The position numbers and the translations under genes were made by a program. Shown piece by piece: positions 39,033-49,800 of a stretch of 59,008 nt of DNA. This stretch comes from a virus. Numbering within the stretch: position 1 is the first letter of the stretch; the number at the start of each line of letters is the position of its first letter. Below the pieces are notes generated by a model. It was not told the DNA's origin. It did no database searches and saw nothing but the letters and a program-made list of their open reading frames with translations. The DNA is taken from IMG/VR virus record IMGVR_UViG_3300045988_143098; one strand, written 5' to 3'.

Positions 39033-40743
39033 TTACGATTTTGCAGGATGGGCGACACGGAACAATGTGAAATGTTCTGACGGTCGCGTCATCATGCAAA
39101 ACGCTTTTCAGGGCAACAATGGGGCAATCGTCCCTCTGGTCTGGAATCATCAGCACGATAACCCAGACTGCGTTCTGGGGCAGGCACTGCTGGAAAACCG
39201 TCCGGAGGGTGTATATGCGTATTGTCGCTTCAATGGCACTGAATCCGGCAATACGGCAAAGGAGTTGGTGGAACACGGTGATGTTAGCTCGCTTTCCATC
39301 TTCGCCAATCAGCTGAAGGAACAGGGCAGCAACGTTCTTCATGGCAACATTCGTGAAGTCAGTCTTGTCCTTGCCGGTGCTAACCCCAAGGCATATATCG
39401 AGGATGTTTTTGCACATAGCGACGATGAGGAAGAAGACGGCATCCGGATTTATATGGGCGAACCGCTTACCTCGTTGAGCCACAGCGACACCCAGACCGA
39501 ATCGGATGAAAAACAGTCTGACGATACTAAGGACGACGACGAAACTGTCGGCGATGTGTTTAATTCGCTGACTGAGAAACAGAAAAAGGTTTTCTATTTC
39601 ATGCTTGCCAAAGCAATGAACGAAGAAAAAGCGGATGGCGAGGATGACGAAAATAAGGATACGAACAACAAGGAGGAAAACACGGTGAAGCACAATGTCT
39701 TCGACCAGACCACGGATGAAACGAATGGCGGCACGCTCTCCCATGATGCAATGAACGCCATTATCAAGGACACGAAGCGATTCGGAACGATGAAGGAAAG
39801 TTACCTTCAGCACGCGGACGAATACGGCATCGAGAACATCGAGTATCTGTTCCCGGAAGCCCACAATTTGAACGAAACGCCCGAATTCATCAAGCGCGAC
39901 ACTGGCTGGGTGAGCAAGGTTATGAGCGGTGTTCATCACAGCCCGTTCAGCCGAATCAAGAGCATGTTCGCGAACATCACGGAAGACCAAGCGCGTGCGA
40001 AGGGCTACATCAAGGGCAACCTGAAGAAGGACGAAGTCTTCAGTCTGCTTAAGCGAACGACGACCCCCACGACCGTCTACAAGAAGCAGAAGATTGACAA
40101 GGACGACTGGGATGATATTACTGACTTTAACGTTGTCAGCTGGCTGAAGACGGAAATGCGAATGATGCTGGATGAGGAACTGGCGCGTGCATATCTGCTT
40201 GGCGATGGTCGTTCGACTTCCGATGACGACAAGATTAATGAACAGAACATTCGCCCCGTTGCAAAAGATGAAGCGCTGTTCACAATTCAGAAGGCGGTTA
40301 ATGTTACTTCTAACGCAACGGACGATGATAAGGCTAAGGCGTTTATCAAGGCTGTCATTCGCTCCCGGAAGGAATACAAGGGTTCGGGCAATCCCACGCT
40401 GTACACCACGGAAGATATGCTCACTACCTGCCTGCTTCTGACCGACACGACTGGTCGCGACATTTATGAAGATGTCAACCAGCTCTGCAAGAAGCTCCGC
40501 GTGAAGGAAATCGTCACTGTTCCGGTGATGGAGAGCGTTAAGGCGAAGGATGGCAACGATATGCTGGCGATTTTGGTCAACATGAACGACTACAACGTTG
40601 GCGCAGACAAGGGCGGCAGTGTGAATATGTTCGACGACTTTGACATCGACTACAATCAGCAGAAGTTCCTGATGGAGACCCGCTGCTCTGGTGCACTGAC
40701 GAAGCCGTACTCTGCCATCGTTTACTCGCTGGTTGTCGCGTAA
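39019..40743 (+). CDS. prohead protease (HK97/S78-like) - acidic scaffold-like linker - major capsid protein fusion
   Basis: N-term VPLVWNHQHD...GDVSSLSIFAN...IREVSLVLAGANPKAYI. Acidic run aa ~135-215. HK97-fold-type MCP C-half (...ELARAYLLGDGRS...). Confidence 0.8.
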   Translation: MDTSNYDFAGWATRNNVKCSDGRVIMQNAFQGNNGAIVPLVWNHQHDNPDCVLGQALLENRPEGVYAYCRFNGTESGNTAKELVEHGDVSSLSIFANQLKEQGSNVLHGNIREVSLVLAGANPKAYIEDVFAHSDDEEEDGIRIYMGEPLTSLSHSDTQTESDEKQSDDTKDDDETVGDVFNSLTEKQKKVFYFMLAKAMNEEKADGEDDENKDTNNKEENTVKHNVFDQTTDETNGGTLSHDAMNAIIKDTKRFGTMKESYLQHADEYGIENIEYLFPEAHNLNETPEFIKRDTGWVSKVMSGVHHSPFSRIKSMFANITEDQARAKGYIKGNLKKDEVFSLLKRTTTPTTVYKKQKIDKDDWDDITDFNVVSWLKTEMRMMLDEELARAYLLGDGRSTSDDDKINEQNIRPVAKDEALFTIQKAVNVTSNATDDDKAKAFIKAVIRSRKEYKGSGNPTLYTTEDMLTTCLLLTDTTGRDIYEDVNQLCKKLRVKEIVTVPVMESVKAKDGNDMLAILVNMNDYNVGADKGGSVNMFDDFDIDYNQQKFLMETRCSGALTKPYSAIVYSLVVA

Positions 40744-40754
40744 GGAGGTACTGA

Positions 40755-41048
40755 ATGGACAAGGTGTTTGCGCGTGCTGAAGACAAGAATGTCATCGGCA
40801 CTTTTGTTTACGGGAACGGCACTGATGGCTATGCGTACTGTGACGATGAGCATAAACATTATATGAGCGCTCCGATGCTGAAGAACCTCTTTTTCAAGGG
40901 GAGCTTCATCAGCATTCAGGATGTCATTTACAAGCCGGTCTCTATGAATGTCGTGAGCAATGAAGTTGTTGTCACTTATGTGAAAACCGATACTTCTACC
41001 GCCACGACTGCCGTTCTTGGGACCCTCTCGTCCAAGACGGAAGCGTAA
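40755..41048 (+). CDS. hypothetical head-associated protein (97 aa)
   Basis: AAGGAGG SD; position after capsid. Confidence 0.55.
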   Translation: MDKVFARAEDKNVIGTFVYGNGTDGYAYCDDEHKHYMSAPMLKNLFFKGSFISIQDVIYKPVSMNVVSNEVVVTYVKTDTSTATTAVLGTLSSKTEA

Positions 41049-41062
41049 AGGAGAAAATCAAA

Positions 41063-41386
41063 ATGGCAAAGTTTTGTGGGGGAATTGGGTTTGCAGAAGC
41101 AGTTCAGACAGCACCCGGTGTGCATCGAGAACAAGTAACCGAGCATGTCTACTATGGGGATGTCATTAAAAATGCTCGTCGATATGATAACGGCGGGAAG
41201 ATTAACACAGATGTCTCGCTGAACAATACAATCAGCATCGTGATGGATGACTACCTGACGAATCACTTCTTTGCCATTCGTTATGTTCGCTGGATGGGGG
41301 TATGCTGGTCGATTGAATCAGTTGAAATACAGCACCCCCGTGCAATTCTGACTATCGGAGGAATCTACAATGGTGAAACGGTATGA
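41063..41386 (+). CDS. hypothetical head-tail joining region protein (107 aa)
   Basis: AAGGAGA SD; position. Confidence 0.55.
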   Translation: MAKFCGGIGFAEAVQTAPGVHREQVTEHVYYGDVIKNARRYDNGGKINTDVSLNNTISIVMDDYLTNHFFAIRYVRWMGVCWSIESVEIQHPRAILTIGGIYNGETV

Positions 41387-41714
41387 ATTGAATGAGAAAC
41401 TCTGTCTCGCCTTAGCGTCTGCCGCGTATCACGGTATCGTCAAAGAAGCAGAGAATCACGTTTATTATCAGCCGCCGGAAAACTTGAAGCTGAGTTATCC
41501 ATGCATCATCTATGAGTGGGATGGAACAACGACACGTTACGCCGACAATCGTATCTATTCGATGATGAGGCGATATACAGTCACCGTCATTGACCGAGAC
41601 CCCGATAGTCAGATCCCCCTTGCGGTCGCCAAACTGCCAATGTGCAGCCACGACCGCAATTTTATTTCCGACGGTCTCTATCACTTTGTTTATACACTTT
41701 ATTTCCAAAACTAA
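41370..41714 (+). CDS. hypothetical head-tail joining / tail terminator region protein (114 aa)
   Basis: GGAGGA SD; overlaps the upstream gene; position. Confidence 0.55.
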   Translation: MVKRYELNEKLCLALASAAYHGIVKEAENHVYYQPPENLKLSYPCIIYEWDGTTTRYADNRIYSMMRRYTVTVIDRDPDSQIPLAVAKLPMCSHDRNFISDGLYHFVYTLYFQN

Positions 41715-41726
41715 GGAGGATTTTAT

Positions 41727-42383
41727 ATGTCTCGTATTCAGTGGGATACGGAAGGTCAGAAGTTTTATGAGTTTGGCGTGTCTAAGGGCGTTCTGTTTGT
41801 CAAGGATACCAATGGTTACGGCAACGGTGTCCCGTGGAATGGTCTCACTGCCGTGAATGACAACCCAACTGGCGGTGAATCGCAGGACTTGTGGGCGGAT
41901 GATATTCTTTACGGCAGTTTCCGCAGCACTGAGCGCTACGAAGCCACCATTGAAGCCTATACCTATCCCGACGAGTTTGCAGCTTGTGACGGCAGTGCAG
42001 AAATTGCCCCGGGCGCTTACCTCGGCCAGCAGGGCCGTAAGCGGTTCGGCTTTGCGTTTGTGACCAAAATTGGCAGTGATGCTGATGATGGCGACCCCGG
42101 TGCGTACCGCCTGAAGCTCGTTTATGGTGCGTCCGCAAAGCCGTCTGGCAAAGACCATTCTACTATCAATGATTCCCCGGATGCGGCGACTTTCTCGTGG
42201 GAAGTCGACACGCTACCCGTGGCAGTGACTGGCCATAAGCCGACCGCAACCTTTGAGCTCGATAGTCGTACGGTTGACGCCGCGAAGCTGAAGCAGATTG
42301 AAGACCTGCTGTATGGTACCGAAACTAACGAACCGAAGCTCCCGATGCCGGATGAAATCATCCAGATTCTGACCGGCAAGTAA
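41727..42383 (+). CDS. major tail protein
   Basis: 218 aa; GVPWNGLTAVNDNPTGGES...ATIEAYTYPDEFAACDG pattern typical of siphovirus tail tube proteins (memory); position before chaperones/TMP. Confidence 0.75.
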   Translation: MSRIQWDTEGQKFYEFGVSKGVLFVKDTNGYGNGVPWNGLTAVNDNPTGGESQDLWADDILYGSFRSTERYEATIEAYTYPDEFAACDGSAEIAPGAYLGQQGRKRFGFAFVTKIGSDADDGDPGAYRLKLVYGASAKPSGKDHSTINDSPDAATFSWEVDTLPVAVTGHKPTATFELDSRTVDAAKLKQIEDLLYGTETNEPKLPMPDEIIQILTGK

Positions 42384-42476
42384 TTAACCTTATTGGCGAG
42401 TGTTTTATAAAACATGGGATTTCCGTAGTTGGCGGGGACACGGCATCATAAACGAATTGAAAAGGAGAACAAACAC

Positions 42477-42905
42477 ATGCTTAAGAAGCATATCAAGTAT
42501 GAGGATTTTAACGGGAATGCGCGCGAAGAAGACTATCTCTTCAATCTGACCAAGTCTGAAATCATGGCGATGAACATGGAATACGATGGCGGTCTGGTAG
42601 AACTGTTGGAGAGCATCTCGTCTAAGATGGACATTCCAAAGATGTTGGAAATTATTAAGCGGCTTATCCTCGATTCGTATGGCGAAAAGAGTCTGGATGG
42701 CAAGCGTTTTGAGAAGCCCGAAACGAAGAAGCGTGAATTCGAGCAGAGTGCAGCTTACGACGCACTGTTCATGGAATTGATGACCGACGGCAATGCGGCG
42801 GCGCAGTTTATCAACGGCATTGTGCCGAAGGATATTGCAAGCGAAGCGGCAAAGGCGGCCGCAAACGACCCCAAGCTGGCTCTTCTTCAGTCTTCCACTA
42901 ATTAA
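42477..42905 (+). CDS. tail assembly chaperone
   Basis: ATG 42477 after AAAGGAGA; acidic helical 142-aa protein between tail tube and TMP. Confidence 0.6.
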   Translation: MLKKHIKYEDFNGNAREEDYLFNLTKSEIMAMNMEYDGGLVELLESISSKMDIPKMLEIIKRLILDSYGEKSLDGKRFEKPETKKREFEQSAAYDALFMELMTDGNAAAQFINGIVPKDIASEAAKAAANDPKLALLQSSTN

Positions 42906-42926
42906 CATAAAGAAGTGAGAACGAGA

Positions 42927-43466
42927 ATGCTTCAGATTACAATTCCTGAAAACGAATTTTTTAATGATTCAACAGGCGAATTCATCAGTATTCGGAAAAC
43001 TACATTGCGATTGGAGCATTCTCTTCTTTCTCTATCCGAATGGGAAGCTAAGTGGCATGTGCCATTCCTGACAGAGAAAGAAAAAACACAAGAGCAATGT
43101 ATTGACTACATTCGCTGCATGACAATCACGCCAAATGTTGACCCGATAGTATATCTCGGATTAACGAAAGAAAATTTCGAGGCAGTAAACAACTATATTG
43201 ACGACCCGGCAACAGCCACAACTATCAAAGAGACTCGAAAAAACCGAAGCAGAGAAATCGTCACATCAGAGATTATTTATTATTGGATGGTTTCTCTAAA
43301 TATTCCGTTTGAATGCGAAAAATGGAACCTCAATCGTCTAATCATGTTGGTTAGAGTCTGCTCCATCAAAAACGAGCCGCCTAAGAAAGCGAATCGGCGC
43401 GACTTATACGCCCGGAATAATATGCTGAATCAGCAGCGGCGAAAGATGTTAAATAGCACAGGCTAA
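42927..43466 (+). CDS. second tail-chaperone-like protein (Gp15-like)
   Basis: LEHSLLSLSEWEAKWHVPFL motif (memory); separate ORF, not a frameshift extension. Confidence 0.5.
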   Translation: MLQITIPENEFFNDSTGEFISIRKTTLRLEHSLLSLSEWEAKWHVPFLTEKEKTQEQCIDYIRCMTITPNVDPIVYLGLTKENFEAVNNYIDDPATATTIKETRKNRSREIVTSEIIYYWMVSLNIPFECEKWNLNRLIMLVRVCSIKNEPPKKANRRDLYARNNMLNQQRRKMLNSTG

Positions 43467-43488
43467 AAATTCAAAATGGAGTGAAGAT

Positions 43489-43866
43489 ATGATTAAACTT
43501 CGCTCAAAAGGTAATTTCAATAAAACATATCGTTTTCTCAAGAAAGCCAGACGCCCCCGCTATCAAGAACTGCTTGAAATGTATGGGCAGTTGGGGGTAA
43601 ATGCACTAAGAGATGCTACGCCAAAATCAACGGGAAAGACTGCTTCATCATGGTCTTACGAAATCACGGAGGAAGACGGCAAGACCATTATCGCATGGCA
43701 CAATTCTAACGTAAATAAGGGTGTTAATGTCGCCATTATTCTTCAGTACGGACACGGAACAGGGACAGGCGGATATGTGACCGGGATAGATTACATCAAT
43801 CCTGCCTTATCCCCTATTTTTGAAGAACTTGCAACACGAGCGTGGAAGGAGGTGACGTCCGGGTGA
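43489..43866 (+). CDS. HK97 gp10-like tail/neck component
   Basis: NALRDATPKSTGKTASSWSYEI motif; GTGA overlap with the TMP start. Confidence 0.5.
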   Translation: MIKLRSKGNFNKTYRFLKKARRPRYQELLEMYGQLGVNALRDATPKSTGKTASSWSYEITEEDGKTIIAWHNSNVNKGVNVAIILQYGHGTGTGGYVTGIDYINPALSPIFEELATRAWKEVTSG

Positions 43867-46800
43867 GTTCAATTGATACCAGAGTTGTCGAAATGTCATT
43901 TGACAACAAACAATTTGAAGAAGGCGTAGATACTACTATTAGCTCGCTAAAGAACCTCGATAAGAAAATTCGCGAATCTTCAACAAAGGACTCATTTGAG
44001 GGGTTGGAACGGGCGGCTTCTTCCGTCTCCTTTGATAGATTATATAATAACATTGAAAAAATTGCCAATCGTTTCAGCATTTGGGGTATTGCAGTAGAGA
44101 CAACCATTCGCTCCGCTGTTCGGAGTGCTGAACGATACCTGAAGAATTTTATAAAATCATTTACCACTGACCCCATCGCTTCCGGTTTTGACGAATATCA
44201 GACCCAGATTGACGCGACCCAGACGATTATGTCCAACACGTCATGGGAAATTGAAGACGACGTAGAACGTCTGGAGAAAGTCAATAGTGCCCTGAGCACA
44301 CTGAATGCATACGCCGACAAGACGATTTACAATTTTACGGAGATGACCCGTAATATCGGCACGTTTACGGCGGCAGGCGTTGGACTGCAAGACTCAACTG
44401 ACGCTATTCAAGGTATCTCGAACCTCGCCGCTGTGTCTGGTTCAACAAGTCAACAAGCGAGCACAGCCATGTATCAGCTGTCACAGGCTATGTCGTCTGG
44501 TGCCGTCAAGGCACAGGACTGGAACTCGGTTGTCAACGCAGGCATGGGCGGTAAGATGTTCCAAGATGCACTTGTTGCTACCGCATCCGCGATGGGCGTC
44601 ACCGTTGAAAAGACCGTAACTGAAATCGGCAAGAACGGGAAAACGACGAAGAAAAAAGTCAAGAAAACCGTTCAGGAACTCATCAATGAAGGTAGTTTCC
44701 GCGAAAGTCTCAGTGAAGGCTGGCTCAGCAAAGATGTCCTTCTGAATACCCTGAAACAGTTTAGCGGTGTTTACACAGAAGCTAACAAGGGCGAACTGGA
44801 GGTATTGGGTTTCACCAGCCAGCAGATTGAAGATATTATCAAAATGGGTGAAGACGCGACCGAGGCCGCAACGAAGGTCAAGACTGTTCGTCAGCTGATG
44901 GACACCTTGAAGGAATCAGCGCAGTCCGGCTGGACGCAGTCTTGGCAAATTATCGTTGGCGACTTTGCAGAAGCGAAAGAACTGCTTACCAAAGTAAGCG
45001 ACTATTTCGGTGGCTTGATCCAGCAGTCCTCAGATGCACGAAACGCCATTCTTCAGGGATGGAAAGACGGCGGCGGACGAGACAAAATCATTAAAGCGTT
45101 CTGGGACATGTCAGAAGCTATCGAAAAAATCGGAAGTGTTGCGAAAAATGTATTCAATTCTGTTCTGCCAAAAATCACTTCTGATACACTCGTTGATATT
45201 TCTACAAAAATTGGAGAGTTCGCTGGTAAGTTCAAAGATTTTTTCTCGGATACGGATAACCTTGAAAAAGTTAGACGGATTTTTGAAGGGATGGCCGCTC
45301 CACTTGAAATCGTAAGAGCGGTGTTATCGGGCATCGGTGAAATTGTCTCCGCATTATTTTCTACGCTTGTTCCGAATGGGATGGGGTCGCTTCTTGACCT
45401 GTATGCCAATGTCGGCGATGTGCTTGTCAGCATAAAGGATTTTATTCTCGGAAACGGAACCATTAAAGAAATCTTCAGCCAGCTTCTTGACGTCGCAAAA
45501 ACTATAGGTGTGCGCCTCTCTGAAATACTCGGAGGTATCGCCAATTTACTTGCTAAGCTCAAGAAAGTTGCGAAAGACAGCGGCTTTATCGACAAAATCA
45601 AAGATACTTTATCAGGGATTTCAGATTTTATCAAAAGCGCAATTGTCGGCGTTCGCGACCTTGGTATGCAGTTTGTTGAGTTCATCACACAGTCCGATAT
45701 TGGCGTGAAAATCTTCAACAAAATCAAAACTGCATTCGAGAATATCAGCCGTATCGTAAAGAAATGCACTGAAAAGATTTCAACATTTATGAAGTCTCTA
45801 TTCGGTGCACAAGAACAGTCAAACGGCGGCAGAAGCGAAAAAGAGAATGTATTCACTCGTGTCCTCAATTGGATAATCAATGCAAAGAACAAAGCACAGA
45901 TCATCCTCGCATCTGTCGGCGAGATGCTACATGTTGACGAAATTGTCGATAAAATCAAAACGTTCTTTTCCGAAATACAGGCTGCTTTCGTTAATAGTGA
46001 CGGTTCTGTAGACGTTGAAAACGGACTTGATTGGATTGTTGATAAGCTAAAAAAGTTTTTTTTAGCGATTAAGTCCCTACTCATGTGGGTATTGGATTTT
46101 CTAAAGAATAGCGTCTTGGCAATCTTTGATGTTGTTAAGCAGATGCCCATCAATGACTTTCTGAAAATTTCCCTTGCCGTCGGCAACATCATTCGAGCGA
46201 TTAGTCTATTTAGAGGCATGTCCGCCATTTCATCTGCCGCAAAGGGACTTGAATCTGCTGGAAGAGGATTCAGTGGCATTGCCGATGCGTTGAAGAACAT
46301 TGCCAAAAACGGTCTCAAAGTTACGAAAGGCGAGAAAAAGTTTGATACCATAGGAACCACTTTGTTGAAAATTGCCGGTTCGTTACTTCTTGTAGTCGGT
46401 GCGGTATGGTTGTTGACACGGATAAAAGCCAGTGATATGAATTCCGCCATGCTCAGACTTTCCGAAATCGCCGCGGTTATTCTCCTCGTTGGGCTTGTTT
46501 CCAAGCTGGCATTCGGGGATGACGCCGCCGTCGGAGACAATATAAAGAGCATTTCTATCTCTATTGCGTTGATGGCTGGGCTTGTCTACCTAATTAATCT
46601 CATTCCGCAAAGTATGTTCTACAACGGTCTTGCGCGGGTCGGCTTGATGGTGCTCGTCTTCGGCGGACTTATCACGGCAATGTCCATCATCAATGGGAAA
46701 TTGGGCGGAAGCGGATTCGATACAAGCAAATCGAAATTCATATCCATGGCGGTCGCCATTGGCATCCTGTCCCTATGCGTTGCCGGACTCGCGAAAATTG

Positions 46801-49800
46801 AACCACTCGCACTGGCAAGAGGTGCCGCGGCGGTATTCGTTCTCGGTATTGTTCTTGGTGCTCTTGCTGTTGTCATTGGGAAATACGGAAGCTATAGCAA
46901 TGGTGCCAAGCCGCGTGGTCTCATTGCAATGAGCATTGCAATTGGCATTCTTGCTCTGTGCGTCGCAGGACTTGCGGCAATTCCAACCTCCGATATGCGG
47001 CGCGGTGTTGCAGCCGTATCCATCCTGGGAATTGTCCTTGCGGGACTTGTCCTTGCGGTTGGTGCAGCTTCAAAATGGGCTGGCGGCGGTAAACGTGTGC
47101 TGGCTGTCGTGGCTTCTACTATCTTGGGAATCGCGGCACTGGTCTGGGCGGTTCTTTCACTAAAAGACATCCCATTCAGCAGACTGGCTGAGATTATAGG
47201 GTCTATAACTGTTGCTCTTGTTGGGATCTTTCTTGCAATCGCTGGTTCGGCAAGATTAGCTGGAAAGGGCGGCGGAACTCGTGCATTTGTGGAAGCTATC
47301 GGGGCAGTTTTAGCCATTGCAGCACTTGTAGCCGCAATTCTATTGCTGAAAGATGTTCCCGAAGAACAGATTAAAACAATTTGTATCTCCTTGGGCGCTG
47401 CTTTAAGTGCTTTATTCCTATCCATCGGCGGTGCGGTTCGTCTTGCTGGACATAATATACTTGGGACTATCGGGATTGTTCTCGTACTGGTTCTATCACT
47501 TGTCGCCGTCTGCGCCGCACTGAAATTCATATCTGATAACGATATTAAATGGGAAACGATTGCTGCTTTGTGCGGTGGCGTATCCGTACTTGCGCTGGCC
47601 ATTGCCGGTGCTTGTAAGTTAGCAGGTGCAGGTGCTGGCTCGACCTTGTTAGGCGCGGCCGTCCTCGCCGGTGCTCTTCTGCTAATTGGCCTTGGTATTG
47701 CCGCCTTCGCAATGCTCGCAGGAAGCGCGATGGATTCCTTCTCGACCGGCATATTTAAGCTGGGTGCAAATCTTGACCTCGCAAAAACAGCAGCAGAAGG
47801 AATTGACGGCGACACATTCCAGCCTATGATTGACGCGGTCGAGTCGCTGGTCACACTCGCCACGAGTCTTCTGACCGTCAATACTTCTGGAATCGACAGC
47901 TTCGGAACGGCAATTACAAATCTCGGTGCTCGGTTGAATCTGTTCAGCACTTTGACTTCCAACATTTCAGGGGATACCTCGAACGTGACATCGGTCATCG
48001 AAGGGATTAGCAGCATCAGCACCACTTTTGCAGACTTGGCAGAGCGAAATATTGACATCGAGAAATTGACGAACAGTCTTGTCAATATTGGCGCAGCCAT
48101 TAACCTATACAGCACATTAGTGGGCGATGGAACGATTGCACCTGAATTGTTGGCGGGCTCTGATAAGGAAATCGACGCTTCTAAAGTAAAGGCGCTGTTC
48201 GATAACCTTTCCGAAAACATTCCCGACGAATCAACCATTGAGAAAGTCGCCTCTTTCGCAGAGGGCGGAGGTAATGACCTCACGAATTTCTCGCTGGGAT
48301 TGACCGCCCTTGGCGGTGCATTGAACTCCTACAAGGATAGCGTCGCGGGTCTCGATGGCGATGCTGACATCACTGCTGCCGAAAATGTTCTCGATAGCAT
48401 TTCGCGCCTGAAGAACAAGCTCGCTAACGATGAGAAACAAGGAAAGTTCCTTGACTGGTGGAATGGCAAAGGAACGACACTGCAAGAATTTTCGGAAAAC
48501 ATCGTTCTGCTGGGCGGTGGCTTAAAGTCCTTTAAGGACAGCGTCGCTGGAATTTCCGGAATCTCGGTTGACTCTGACGGTACCGAAAAGACAGTGGACG
48601 ATGTCTCCAGTGCACTTTCCGTTGTGGATACGCTTGTCGAGATGGAAGACAAGCTAACTAAGAACGGTGGGGTTTTGCAATGGTTCAGCGGCTCGAAAGA
48701 CTTTGGTGCGTTTGCAACCAGAATCAATCAGTTGGGCATTGGCCTGAAAGCCTATTACGATTCCATCAAAATGGTGGATTCGAGCACACTTGGGAGCTTA
48801 ACTTCCCCAATTGAAGCTCTCGCAAGCATTGAAACAACACTTGATAACAGTGGCGGTTTGCTACAGATATTAGAGGGTTCTTCCAACATTGGTACGCTGG
48901 GCGAAAATCTGAAGAACTTCGGTACTGGGTTCTTGGTGTTCTGCAAGACTATGCAGGAAGCAGATGAAGACGGTTTCAAGGTTAATCCGGAAGCTATCCA
49001 GAAGATGATTACGCTCTGCTTTGACCCGTTAGTTGGGCTTGAAGAGCGGATGTCTGCCATTCCGTCTTCGGGCTTCAATCTGGAAGACTTGATTGACCAT
49101 CTTGGCGATAACAAAACTCGGTTGACAAATATCGTCGAGTTCTTTGACAGTGTAAAGACAAAGGACTTCACTGCTGCGGCTAAGGGATTCGTTGACAATG
49201 TGATTACGCCGTTGATTACGGTTGAAAGCAGTCTAAATGGACTCAATACAGAAGGATTCAGACTGAAAGACTTGCTGTTCGATTTGGGCTATAACTACGG
49301 AACAGCAACTGACCCTGCTTCGCTTACCAACATTGCTACTTTCTTTACAGAACTGGCCGACAATAATGTTGGAGAAGCCGCCAAGAACTTCGTGGATGAC
49401 GTAATCGTTCCGCTGGCGAATGTTGAGACATCTCTTAGTGGAATCAAGAATCCGGGAATGCGTTTGAAGGATTTACTCTATGACCTCGGTTCTCAGAATG
49501 AGCAGATGACCAACTTCAACAACTTCATCAAGACTCTTTCTGACAATGGAACATCCACGGTCATGTCTGATTTCGTTGCGAATGTCATCGACCCACTTGC
49601 TGCCATCGAGGTAAAGCTCGCCGCAATCAAGCGAGATGACTTCAATCTTTCGGATTTGTTCGACCACATCGGCTCGATTGACTCCACAGCATCCATCGAG
49701 ACACTTGCGACGCTTATCTCAAGTATGATTGATTCGGTCAACGAGCTTCATTATCAGTGGGTCGCTACGGGCGAGTATTCTATGAGCGGATTTGCGACGG

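Noticed and set aside
38953-39990. 345-aa minus-strand ORF opposite the protease-capsid gene
   Set aside because: It is antisense to a gene with strong protease and capsid motifs, has no RBS, and has an implausible composition.
42477-43866. Expected programmed -1 frameshift between the two tail-chaperone genes (gpG/gpGT type)
   Set aside because: The two ORFs are separated by a stop and a 21-nt gap with their own start. There is no overlapping extended frame or slippery heptamer near the end of 42477..42905.
45053-48283. Very long minus-strand ORFs (45053..46552, 499 aa; 46892..48283, 463 aa) opposite the tape measure gene
   Set aside because: They are antisense to a 2184-aa ORF with clear TMP features. 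Their translations are low-complexity (Ser/Pro/Ala/Ile-rich) mirror images of the repeats, and they have no SD or start context.
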